Assembly: GCA_964016885.1 (NCBI GenBank)
Contig: OZ024741.1
Coordinates: 316,696,001-316,760,000, forward strand
Direction of reading: 5' to 3'
Origin: Eledone cirrhosa
Taxonomy: Eukaryota
Length of the DNA stretch: 64,000 bases
The notes under the pieces were generated by a model. That model saw only the letters and a program-made list of their open reading frames with translations, was not told where the DNA came from and ran no database searches. A program made the position numbers and the translations under genes. Positions 22,496-39,000 of the stretch are shown one piece after another (position 1 is the stretch's first letter; every line of letters starts with the position of its first letter).

Positions 22496-22688
22496 CAGAC
22501 CTGCCAACTTCTAAAAACCCAAACGGAGAGCACCATAAAAAAAGTATCCCAAAACGGGGAGAAATAAAGCAAAATGGTGAGATTTTACATAATGAAAACT
22601 ATACCCATTTTCACAAGAGAAGACAACTCTCAACTACCTTAAAGTGGGTGGGGATCTGCCCGTCGGCCAGAGAGAGTTGACATGACTG
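22496..22688. mobile_element. Possible hAT-like MITE within a TATCTATAG-rich low-complexity tract
   Basis: Imperfect TIRs CAGACCTGCCAACT / AGTTGACATGACTG (11/14 match); flanks TCTATAGT and TTATAGT resemble a decayed 8-bp TSD. Confidence 0.45.
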
Positions 22689-22894
22689 TTATAGTACTTG
22701 CATACAGTGTATCTATAGTGCATGCATATAGTGTATCTATATTTGAATATGTTTTTAAACAGAGAAAAAGTCCAAAACATAAGTCTGACTATAAAAATGA
22801 TTATTAATACTTTTACATACTTGAGGCAATTAGTACATTAATTAGTTAATCAGTTCCAGCTGTGTTCTTATTGACCTCTGCCTGTCGACACCTC

Positions 22895-24090
22895 ATCTCC
22901 ACAACTACTATCACCATCCACCATCACCACCACCACCACCACCACCATTATTACCATCAGCACCACTAACACAACTACTATCACCATCACCAACACCAAC
23001 ACTACCATTATTACAATCAGTGCCACCATCAGCACAACCACCACGACTACTATCACCATCCACACAACCACCACCACTACCACCATTATTACCATCAGCA
23101 CCATCACCACTACTACCACCACAATTATTATCTTCACCACCACCACCACCACAACTACTATCACCATCAATACCACCACCTCAACAATTATTACCACCAA
23201 CACCACCACCGACACTACACCCTCTAACACCATCACCACATCTACCACCATCACCACCACCATCACCACCATCAACACCTCTACGACCATCAACACCACC
23301 ACCACCGACACTACGACCATCAACACCACCACCACCACCTCTATGAACAACAACGCCACTACCACCTCTAAGATCATCAACACCACCACCACCACCACCA
23401 CCACCACCACCACCACTACCACCTCCACAACCATCAAATCCACCACCGACACTACGACCATCAACACCACCACCGACATTACAACCATCAACACCAACAC
23501 CACCACCACCTCTATGAACATCAACACCACCACCACATCTACGATCATCAACACTACCACCACCCCTACGACTATCAACACCACCACCGACCCTACGACC
23601 ATCACCACCACCACCACCACCACTACCCCCTCCACAACCATCAACACCACCACCGACACTACAACCACCACCACCACCACCACCACCACCACCACTACCA
23701 GCTCCACAACCATCAACCCCACCACAGACACTACGACTATCAACACCACCACCACCTCCACAACCATCAACACCACCACCACCGACACTACGACCATCAA
23801 CACCACCACCACCGCTACGACCATCAACACCACCACCGACATTAGGACCATCACCACCACCACCAACACCTCTACGACCATCTATATCACCACCACCTCT
23901 ACAACCGTCAACCCCACCACCGACACTACAAGCATCAACCCCACCACCGACACTACAACCATCAACACCACCACCACCACCACCACCACCACCTCTACGA
24001 CCATCTTTACCACCACAACCTCTACGACCATCAACACCACCACCACCTCTACAACCATCAACCCTACCACTGACACTACGACCATGAACA
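22895..24090 (+). repeat. Degenerate (ACC/CAC)n triplet-derived region grading into the 27-bp array
   Basis: Irregular ACC/ATC/AAC triplets with GACACTACG words becoming progressively more frequent. Confidence 0.85.
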
Positions 24091-27000
24091 CCACCACCGA
24101 CACTACGCCCACCAACGCCACCACCGACACTACGACCATCAACACCACCACCGACACTACGACCACCAACACCACCACCGACACTACGACCACCAACACC
24201 ACCACCGACACTACGACCACCAACACCACAACCAACACTACAACCATCAACCCCACCACCGACACTACGACCACCAACACCACCACCGACACTATGACCA
24301 CCAACCCCACCACCGACACTACGACCACCAACACCACCACCGACACTACGACCACCAACACCACAACCAACACTACAACCATCAACCCCACCACCGACAC
24401 TACGACCACCAACACCACCACCGACACTATGACCACCAACCCCACCACCGACACTACGACCACCAACACCACCACCGACACTACAACCATCAACACGACC
24501 ACCGACACTACGACCACCAACACCACCACCGACCTACGACCACCAACCCCACCACCGACACTACGACCACCAACACCACCACCGACACTACGACCATCAA
24601 CACCACCACCGACACTACGACCACCAACACCACCACCGACACTACAACCATCAACACCACCACCGACACTACGACCACCAACCCCACCACCGACACTACG
24701 ACCACCAACACCACCACCGACACTACGACCACCAACCCCACCACCGACACTACGACCACCAACACCACCACCGACACTACGACCACCAACCCCACCACCG
24801 ACACTACGACCACCAACACCACCACCGACACTACGACCACCAACCCCACAACCGACACTACGACCATCAACCCCACCACCGACACTACGACCACCAACGC
24901 CACCACCGACACTACGACCACCAACCCCACCACCGACACTACGACCACCAACACCACCACCGACACTACGACCACCAACACCACCACCGACACTACGACC
25001 ACCAACACCACCACCGACACTACGACCACCAACCCCACAACCGACACTACGACCATCAACCCCACCACCGACACTACGACCACCAACACCACCACCGACA
25101 CTACGACCACCAACCCCACCACCGACACTACGACCATCAACCCCACCACCGACACTACGACCACCAACACCACCACCGACACTACGACCACCAACACCAC
25201 CACCGACACTACGACCACCAACCCCACAACCGACACTACGACCATCAACCCCACCACCGACACTACGACCACCAACACCACCACCGACACTACGACCACC
25301 AACACCACCACCGACACTACGACCACCAACACCACCACCGACACTACGACCACCAACCCCACAACCGACACTACGACCATCAACCCCACCACCGACACTA
25401 CGACCACCAACACCACCACCGACACTACGACCACCAACCCCACCACCGACACTACGACCATCAACCCCACCACCGACACTACGACCACCAACACCACCAC
25501 CGACACTACGACCACCAACACCACCACCGACACTACGACCACCAACCCCACAACCGACACTACGACCATCAACCCCACCACCGACACTACGACCACCAAC
25601 ACCACCACCGACACTACGACCATCAACCCCACCACCGACACTACGACCACCAACACCACCACCGACACTACGACCACCAACACCACCACCGACACTACGA
25701 CCACCAACCCCACAACCGACACTACGACCACCAACCCCACCACCGACACTACGACCACCAACACCACCACCGACACTACGACCACCAACACCACCACCGA
25801 CACTACGACCACCAACCCCACCACCGACACTACGACCATCAACCCCACCACCGACACTACGACCACCAACACCACCACCGACACTACGACCACCAACACC
25901 ACCACCGACACTACGACCATCAACCCCACCACCGACACTACGACCACCAACACCACCACCAACACTACAACCATCAACACCACCACCGACACTACGACCA
26001 CCAACACCACCACCGACACTACGACCACCAACACCACCACCGACACTACGACCATCAACACCACCACCGACACTACGACCATCAACCCCACCACCGACAC
26101 TACGACCACCAACACCACCACCGACACTACGACCACCAACACCACCACCGACACTACGACCACCAACCCCACCACCGACACTACGACCAACGACACTACG
26201 CCCACCAACGCCACCACCGACACTACGACCACCAACACCACCACCGACACTACGACCATCAACCCCACCACCGACACTACGACCACCAACACCACCACCG
26301 ACACTACGACCACCAACACCACCACCGACACTACGCCCACCAACGCCACCACCGACACTACGACCACCAACACCACCACCGACACTACGACCACCAACCC
26401 CACCACCGACACTACGACCATCAACCCCACCACCGACACTACGACCACCAACACCACCACCGATACTACGACCACCAACCCCACCACCGACACTACGACC
26501 ACCAACACCACCACCGACACTACGACCAACGACACTACGCCCACCAACGCCACCACCGACACTACGACCACCAACCCCACCACCGACACTACAACCAACA
26601 ACCCCACCACCGACACTACGACCATCAACCCCACCACCGACACTACGACCACCAACCCCACCACCGACACTACGAACACCAACCCCACCACCGACACTAC
26701 GACCATCAACCCCACCACCGACACTACGACCACCAACACCACCACCGACACTACGACCACCAACCCCACCACCGACACTACGAGCACCAACCCCACCACC
26801 GACACTACGACCACCAACACCACCACCGACACTACGACCACCAACACCACCACCGACACTACGACCACCAACACCACCACCGACACTACGACCATCAACA
26901 CCACCACCGACACTACGACCATCAACCCCACCACCGACACTACGACCACCAACACCACCACCGACACTACGACCACCAACACCACCACCGACACTACGAC

Positions 27001-30000
27001 CACCAACACCACCACCGACACTACGACCATCAACCCCACCACCGACACTACGACCATCAACCCCACCACCGACACTACGACCACCAACCCCACCACCGAC
27101 ACTACGACCACCAACCCCACCACCGACACTACGACCACCAACCCCACCACCGACACTACGACCATCAACCCCACCACCGACACTACGACCACCAACCCCA
27201 CCACCGACACTACGACCATCAACCCCACCACCGACACTACGACCATCAACACCACCACCGACACTACGACCACCAACACCACCACCGACACTACGACCAT
27301 CAACCCCACCACCGACACTACGACCATCAACCCCACCACCGACACTACGACCACCAACACCACCACCGACACTACGACCACCAACACCACCACCGACACT
27401 ACGACCACCAACACCACCACCGACACTACGACCACCAACACAACCACCGACACTACGACCATCAACACCACCACCGACACTACGACCATCAACCCCACCA
27501 CCGACACTACGACCATCAACCCCACCACCGACACTACGACCACCAACCCCACCACCGACACTACGACCACCAACACCACCACCGACACTACGACTACCAA
27601 CACCACCACCGACACTACGACCACCAACACCACCACCGACACTACGACCATCAACCCCACCACCGACACTACGACCACCAACACCACCACCGACACTACG
27701 ACCATCAACCCCACCACCGACACTACGACCATCAACACAACCACCCACACTACGACCACAAACCCCACCACCGACACTACGACCATCAACACCACCACCG
27801 ACACTACGACCATCAACGCCACCACCGACACTACGACCACCAACACCACCACCGACACTACGACCATCAACACCACCACCACCACCACCACCACCACCTC
27901 TACGACCATCTTTACCACCACAACCTCTACGACCATCAACACCACCACCACCTCTACAACCATCAACCCTACCACTGACACTACGACCATGAACACCACC
28001 ACCGACACTACGCCCACCAACGCCACCACCGACACTACGACCATCAACACCACCACCGACACTACGACCACCAACACCACCACCGACACTACGACCACCA
28101 ACACCACCACCGACACTACGACCACCAACACCACAACCAACACTACAACCATCAACCCCACCACCGACACTACGACCACCAACACCACCACCGACACTAT
28201 GACCACCAACCCCACCACCGACACTACGACCACCAACACCACCACCGACACTACGACCACCAACACCACAACCAACACTACAACCATCAACCCCACCACC
28301 GACACTACGACCACCAACACCACCACCGACACTATGACCACCAACCCCACCACCGACACTACGACCACCAACACCACCACCGACACTACAACCATCAACA
28401 CGACCACCGACACTACGACCACCAACACCACCACCGACCTACGACCACCAACCCCACCACCGACACTACGACCACCAACACCACCACCGACACTACGACC
28501 ATCAACACCACCACCGACACTACGACCACCAACACCACCACCGACACTACAACCATCAACACCACCACCGACACTACGACCACCAACCCCACCACCGACA
28601 CTACGACCACCAACACCACCACCGACACTACGACCACCAACCCCACCACCGACACTACGACCACCAACACCACCACCGACACTACGACCACCAACCCCAC
28701 CACCGACACTACGACCACCAACACCACCACCGACACTACGACCACCAACCCCACAACCGACACTACGACCATCAACCCCACCACCGACACTACGACCACC
28801 AACGCCACCACCGACACTACGACCACCAACCCCACCACCGACACTACGACCACCAACACCACCACCGACACTACGACCACCAACCCCACAACCGACACTA
28901 CGACCACCAACCCCACCACCGACACTACGACCACCAACACCACCACCGACACTACGACCACCAACACCACCACCGACACTACGACCACCAACCCCACCAC
29001 CGACACTACGACCATCAACCCCACCACCGACACTACGACCACCAACACCACCACCGACACTACGACCACCAACACCACCACCGACACTACGACCATCAAC
29101 CCCACCACCGACACTACGACCACCAACACCACCACCAACACTACAACCATCAACACCACCACCGACACTACGACCACCAACACCACCACCGACACTACGA
29201 CCACCAACACCACCACCGACACTACGACCATCAACACCACCACCGACACTACGACCATCAACCCCACCACCGACACTACGACCACCAACACCACCACCGA
29301 CACTACGACCACCAACACCACCACCGACACTACGACCACCAACCCCACCACCGACACTACGACCAACGACACTACGCCCACCAACGCCACCACCGACACT
29401 ACGACCACCAACACCACCACCGACACTACGACCATCAACCCCACCACCGACACTACGACCACCAACACCACCACCGACACTACGACCACCAACACCACCA
29501 CCGACACTACGCCCACCAACGCCACCACCGACACTACGACCACCAACACCACCACCGACACTACGACCACCAACCCCACCACCGACACTACGACCATCAA
29601 CCCCACCACCGACACTACGACCACCAACACCACCACCGATACTACGACCACCAACCCCACCACCGACACTACGACCACCAACACCACCACCGACACTACG
29701 ACCAACGACACTACGCCCACCAACGCCACCACCGACACTACGACCACCAACCCCACCACCGACACTACAACCACCAACCCCACCACCGACACTACGACCA
29801 TCAACCCCACCACCGACACTACGACCACCAACCCCACCACCGACACTACGAACACCAACCCCACCACCGACACTACGACCATCAACCCCACCACCGACAC
29901 TACGACCACCAACACCACCACCGACACTACGACCACCAACCCCACCACCGACACTACGAGCACCAACCCCACCACCGACACTACGACCACCAACACCACC

Positions 30001-33000
30001 ACCGACACTACGACCACCAACACCACCACCGACACTACGACCACCAACACCACCACCGACACTACGACCACCAACACCACCACCGACACTACGACCATCA
30101 ACCCCACCACCGACACTACGACCACCAACACCACCACCGACACTACGACCACCAACACCACCACCGACACTACGACCACCAACACCACCACCGACACTAC
30201 GACCATCAACCCCACCACCGACACTACGACCATCAACCCCACCACCGACACTACGACCACCAACCCCACCACCGACACTACGACCACCAACCCCACCACC
30301 GACACTACGACCACCAACCCCACCACCGACACTACGACCATCAACCCCACCACCGACACTACGACCACCAACCCCACCACCGACACTACGACCATCAACC
30401 CCACCACCGACACTACGACCATCAACACCACCACCGACACTACGACCACCAACACCACCACCGACACTACGACCATCAACCCCACCACCGACACTACGAC
30501 CATCAACCCCACCACCGACACTACGACCACCAACACCACCACCGACACTACGACCACCAACACCACCACCGACACTACGACCACCAACACCACCACCGAC
30601 ACTACGACCACCAACACAACCACCGACACTACGACCATCAACACCACCACCGACACTACGACCATCAACCCCACCACCGACACTACGACCATCAACCCCA
30701 CCACCGACACTACGACCACCAACCCCACCACCGACACTACGACCACCAACACCACCACCGACACTACGACTACCAACACCACCACCGACACTACGACCAC
30801 CAACACCACCACCGACACTACGACCATCAACCCCACCACCGACACTACGACCACCAACACCACCACCGACACTACGACCATCAACCCCACCACCGACACT
30901 ACGACCATCAACACAACCACCCACACTACGACCACAAACCCCACCACCGACACTACGACCATCAACACCACCACCGACACTACGACCATCAACGCCACCA
31001 CCGACACTACGACCACCAACACCACCACCGACACTACGACCATCAACCCCACCACCGACACTACGACCATCAACCCCACCACCGACACTACGACCATCAA
31101 CCCCACCACCGACACTACGACCATCAACACCACCACCGACACTACGACCATCAACACCACCACCGACACTACGACCATCAACCCCACCACCGACACTACG
31201 ACCACCAACACCACCACCGACACTACGACCACCAACACCACCACCGACACTACGACCATCAACCCCACCACCGACACTACGACCATCAACACCACCACCG
31301 ACACTACGACCATCAACCCCACCACCGACACTACGACCATCAACCCCACCACCGACACTACGACCATCAACACCACCACCGACACTACGACCATCAACAC
31401 CACCACCAACACTACGACCATCAACCCCACCACCGACACTACGACCACCAACACCACCACCGACACTACGACCACCAACACCACCACCGACACTACGAAC
31501 ATCAACCCCACCACCGACACTACGACCATCAACACCACCACCGACACTACGACCATCAACCCCACCACCGACACTACGACCATCAACACCACCACCGACA
31601 CTACGACCATCAACCCCACCACCGACACTACGACCATCAACACCACCACCGACACTACGACCAACAACCCCACCACCGACACTACGACCATCAACACCAC
31701 CACCGACACTACGACCATCAACGCCACCACCGACACTACGACCATCAACACCACCACCGACACTACGACTATCAACCCCACCACCGACACTACGACCATC
31801 AACACCACCACCGACACTACGACTATCAACCCCACCACCGACACTACGACCATCAACCCCACCACCGACACTACGACCACCAACCCCACCACCGACACTA
31901 CGACCACCAACACCACCACCGACACTACGACCATCAACACCACCACCGACACTACGACCACCAACCCCACCACCGACACTACGACCACCAACACCACCAC
32001 CGACACTACGACTACCAACACCACCACCGACACTACGACCACCAACACCACCACCGACACTACGACCATCAACCCCACCACCGACACTACGACCACCAAC
32101 CCCACCACCGACACTACGACCATCAACACAACCACCCACACTACGACCACCAACCCCACCACCGACACTACGACCATCAACACCACCACCGACACTCCGA
32201 CCATCAACGCCACCACCGACACTACGACCACCAACACCACCACCGACACTACGACCATCAACACCACCACCGACACTACGACCATCAACACCACCACCGA
32301 CACTACGACCACCAACCCCACCACCGACACTACGACCATCAACACCACCACCGACACTACGACTATCAACACCACCACCGACACTACGACCATCAACACG
32401 ACCACCGACACTACGACCATCAACGCCACCACCGACACTACGACCATCAAGGCCACCACCGACACTACGACCACCAACCCCACCACCGACACTACGACCA
32501 CCAACACCACCACCGACACTACGACCACCAACCCCACCACCGACACTACGACCACCAACCCCACCACCGACACTACGACCACCAACACCACCACCGACAC
32601 TACGACCATCAACGCCACCACCGACACTACGACCATCAACACGACCACCGACACTACGACCACCAACCCCACCACCGACACTACGACCACCAACACCACC
32701 ACCGACACTACGACCACCAACCCCACCACCGACACTACGACCACCAACCCCACCACCGACACTACGACCACCAACACCACCACCGACACTACGACCACCA
32801 ACCCCACCACCGACACTACGACCACCAACCCCACCACCGACACTACGACCACCAACACCACCACCGACACTACGACCATCAACGCCACCACCGACACTAC
32901 GACCATCAACACGACCACCGACACTACGACCACCAACCCCACCACCGACACTACGACCACCAACACCACCACCGACACTACGACCATCAACGCCACCACC

Positions 33001-36000
33001 GACACTACGACCATCAAGGCCACCACCGACACTACGACCACCAACCCCACCACCGACACTACGACCATCAACCCCACCACCGACACTACGACCATCAACC
33101 CCACCACCGACACTACGACCATCAACCCCACCACCGACACTACGACCACCAACCCCACCACCGACACTACGACCACCAACACCACCACCGACACTACGAC
33201 CATCAACACCACCACCGACACTACGACCATCAACCCCACCACCGACACTACGACCATCAACACCACCACCGACATTACGACCATCAACACCACCACCGGC
33301 ACTACGACCACCAACACCACCACCGACACTACGACCATCAACACAACCACCGACACTACGACCATCAACCCCACCACCGACACTACGACCATCAACCCCA
33401 CCACCGACACTACGACCATCAACCCCACCACCGACACTACGACCATCAACCCCACCACCGACACTACGACCACCAACCCCACCACCGACACTACGACCAT
33501 CAACACCACCACCGACACTACGACCATCAACACAACCACCGACACTACGACCATCAACCCCACCACCGACACTACGACCATCAACACCACCACCGACACT
33601 ACGACCATCAACCCCACCACCGACACTACGACCATCAACCCCACCACCGACACTACGACCATCAACCCCACCACCGACACTACGACCACCAACCCCACCA
33701 CCGACACTACGACCATCAACACCACCACCGACACTACGACCATCAACCCCACCACCGACACTACGACCACCAACCCCACCACCGACACTACGACCATCAA
33801 CACCACCACCGACACTACGACCATCAACCCCACCACCGACACTACGACCATCAACGCCACCACCGACACTACGACCACCAACACCACCACCGACACTACG
33901 ACCATCAACCCCACCACCGACACTACGACCATCAACCCCACCACCGACACTACGACCATCAACCCCACCACCGACACTACGACCACCAACACCACCACCG
34001 ACACTACGACCATCAACACCACCACCGACACTACGACCATCAACCCCACCACCGACACTACGACCATCAACACCACCACCGACATTACGACCATCAACAC
34101 CACCACCGACACTACGACCATCAACACCACCACCGACACTACGACCATCAACACCACCACCGACACTACGACCACCAACACCACCACCGACACTTCGACC
34201 ATCAACACCACCACCGACACTACGACCATCAACACCACCACCGACACTATGACCACCAACCCCACCACCGACACTACGACCACCAACACCACCACCGACA
34301 CTACGACCACCAACCCCACCACCGACACTACGACCATCAACACCACCACCGACACTACGACCACCAACCCCACCACCGACACTACGACCATCAACGCCAC
34401 CACCGACACTACGACCACCAACACCACCACCGACACTACGACCATCAACCCCACCACCGACACTACGACCATCAACCCCACCACCGACACTACGACCATC
34501 AACACCACCACCGACACTACAACCATCAACACCACCACCGACACTACAACCATCAACACCACCACCGACACTACGACCATCAACACCACCACCGACACTA
34601 CGACCATCAACACCACCACCGACACTACGACCATCAACACCACCACCGACACTACGACCATCAACACCACCACCGACAATACGACCATCAACACCACCAC
34701 CGACACTACGACCATCAACCCCACCACCGACACTACGACCATCAACACCACCACCGACACTACGACCACCAACACCACCACCGACACTACGACCATCAAC
34801 CCCACCACCGACACTACGACCATCAACACCACCACCGACACTACGACCACCAACACCACCACCGACACTACGACCATCAACCCCACCACCGACACTACGA
34901 CCATCAACACCACCACCGACACTACGACCATCAACACCACCACCGACACTACGACCATCAACCCCACCACCGACACTACGACCACCAACACCACCACCGA
35001 CACTACGACCATCAACACCACCACCGACACTACGACCATCAACACCACCACCGACACTACGACCATCAACACCACCACCGACAATACGACCATCAACACC
35101 ACCACCGACACTACGACCATCAACCCCACCACCGACACTACGACCATCAACCCCACCACCGACACTACGACCATCAACACCACCACCGACACTACGACCA
35201 CCAACACCACCACCGACACTACGACCACCAACACCACCACCGACACTACGACCATCAACCCCACCACCGACACTACGACCATCAACCCCACCACCGACAC
35301 TACGACCACCAACCCCACCACCGACACTACGACCATCAACCCCACCACCGACACTACGACCATCAACACCACCACCGACACTACGACCACCAACACCACC
35401 ACCGACACTACGACCACCAACACCACCACCGACACTACGACCATCAACCCCACCACCGACACTACGACCATCAACCCCACCACCGACACTACGACCACCA
35501 ACCCCACCACCGACACTACGACCATCAACCCCACCACCGACACTACGACCATCAACACCACCACCGACACTACGACCACCAACACCACCACCGACACTAC
35601 GACCATCAACCCCACCACCGACACTACGACCACCAACACCACCACCGACACTACGACCACCAACACCACCACCGACACTACGACCATCAACACCACCACC
35701 GACACTACGACCATCAACGCCACCACCGACACTACGACCATCAACACCACCACCGACAATACGACCATCAACACCACCACCGACACTACGACCATCAACC
35801 CCACCACCGACACTACGACCACCAACCCCACCACCGACACTACGACCACCAACACCACCACCGACACTACGACCACCAACACCACCACCGACACTACGAC
35901 CATCAACACCACCACCGACACTACGACCATCAACCCCACCACCGACACTACGACCATCAACACCACCACCGACATTACGACCATCAACACCACCACCGAC

Positions 36001-39000
36001 ACTACGACCATCAACACCACCACCGACACTACGACCATCAACACCACCACCGACACTACGACCACCAACACCACCACCGACACTTCGACCATCAACACCA
36101 CCACCGACACTACGACCATCAACACCACCACCGACAATACGACCATCAACACCACCACCGACACTACGACCATCAACGCCACCACCGACACTACGACCAC
36201 CAACACCACCACCGACACTACGACCATCAACCCCACCACCGACACTACGACCATCAACGCCACCACCGACACTACGACCACCAACACCACCACCGACACT
36301 ACGACCATCAACCCCACCACCGACACTACGACCATCAAGGCCACCACCGACACTACGACCACCAACACCACCACCGACACTACGACCATCAACACCACCA
36401 CCGACACTACGACCACCAACACCACCACCGACACTACGACTATCAACCCCACCACCGACACTACGACCATCAACCCCACCACCGACACTACGACCATCAA
36501 GGCCACCACCGACACTACGACCACCAACACCACCACCGACACTACGACCATCAACGCCACCACCGACACTACGACCACCAACACCACCACCGACACTACG
36601 ACCATCAACCCCACCACCGACACTACGACCATCAACCCCACCACCGACACTACGACCACCAACCCCACCACCGACACTACGACCATCAACACCACCACCG
36701 ACACTACGACCATCAACACCACCACCGACAATACGACCATCAACACCACCACCGACACTACGACCATCAACGCCACCACCGACACTACGACCATCAACAC
36801 CACCACCGACACTACGACCATCAACGCCACCACCGACACTACGACCACCAACACCACCACCGACAATACGACCATCAACACCACCACCGACACTACGACC
36901 ACCAACCCCACCACCGACACCACAACCATCAACACCACCACCGACACTACGACCACCAACACCACCACCGACACTACGACCACCAACACCACCACCGACA
37001 CTACGACCACCAACGCCACCACCGACACTACGACCACCAACGCCACCACCGACACTACGACCACCAACCCCACCACCGACACTACGACCATCAACCCCAC
37101 CACCGACACTACGACCACCAACACCACCACCAACACTACAACCATCAACACCACCACCGACACTATGACCACCAACGCCACCACCGACACTACGACCACC
37201 AACACCACCACCGACACTACGACCATCAACCCCACCACCGACACTACGACCACCAACACCACCACCAACACTACAACCATCAACACCACCACCGACACTA
37301 TGACCACCAACACCACCACCGACACTACGACCACCAACACCACCACCGACACTACGACCACCAACACCACCACCGACACTACGACCACCAACCCCACCAC
37401 CGACACTACGACCATCAACCCCACCACCGACACTACGACCACCAACACCACCACCGACACTACGACCACCAACACCACCACCGACACTACGACCATCAAC
37501 CCCACCACCGACACTACGACCACCAACACCACCACCGACACTACGACCACCAACCCCACAACCGACACTACGACCATCAACCCCACCACCGACACTACGA
37601 CAACCAACACCACCACCGACACTACGACCATCAACCCCACCACCGACACTACGTCCACCAACCCCACCACCGACACTACGACCAACGACACTACGCCCAC
37701 CAACGCCACCACCGACACTACGACCACCAACACCACCACCGACACTACGACCATCAACCCCACCACCGACACTACGACCACCAACACCACCACCGACACT
37801 ACGACCACCAACACCACCACCGACACTACGACCACCAACACCACCACCGACACTACGACCATCAACCCCACCACCGACACTACGACCACCAACCCCACCA
37901 CCGACACTACGACCACCAACACCACCACCGACACTACGACCACCAACACCACCACCGACACTACGACCATCAACACCACCACCGACACTACGACCACCAA
38001 CCCCACCACCGACACTACGACCATCAACCCCACCACCGACACTACGACCACCAACACCACCACCGACACTACGACCACCAACACCACCACCGACACTACG
38101 ACCATCAACCCCACCACCGACACTACGTCCACCAACCCCACCACCGACACTACGACCAACGACACTACGCCCACCAACGCCACCACCGACACTACGACCA
38201 TCAACCCCACCACCGACACTACGACCACCAACACCACCACCGATACTACGACCACCAACCCCACCACCGACACTACGACCACCAACACCACCACCGACAC
38301 TACGACCAACGACACTACGCCCACCAACGCCACCACCGACACTACGACCACCAACCCCACCACCGACACTACGACCACCAACCCCACCACCGACACTACG
38401 ACCATCAACCCCACCACCGACACTACGACCACCAACCCCACCACCGACACTACGACCACCAACCCCACCACCGACACTACGACCACCAACACCACCACCG
38501 ACACTACGACCACCAACACCACCACCGACACTACGACCACCAACACCACCACCGACACTACGACCACCAACACCACCACAGACACTACGACCATCAACCC
38601 CACCACCGACACTACGACCACCAACACCACCACCGACACTACGACCATCAACCCCACCACCGACACTACGACCATCAACCCCACCACCGACACTACGACC
38701 ACCAACACCACCACCGACACTACGACCATCAACCCCACCACCGACACTACGACCATCAACCCCACCACCGACACTACGACCACCAACACCACCACCGACA
38801 CTACGACCATCAACCCCACCACCGACACTACGACCATCAACCCCACCACCGACACTACGACCACCAACACCACCACAGACACTACGACCATCAACCCCAC
38901 CACCGACACTACGACCACCAACACCACCACCGACACTACGACCATCAACCCCACCACCGACACTACGACCACCAACACCACCACCGACACCACAACCACC

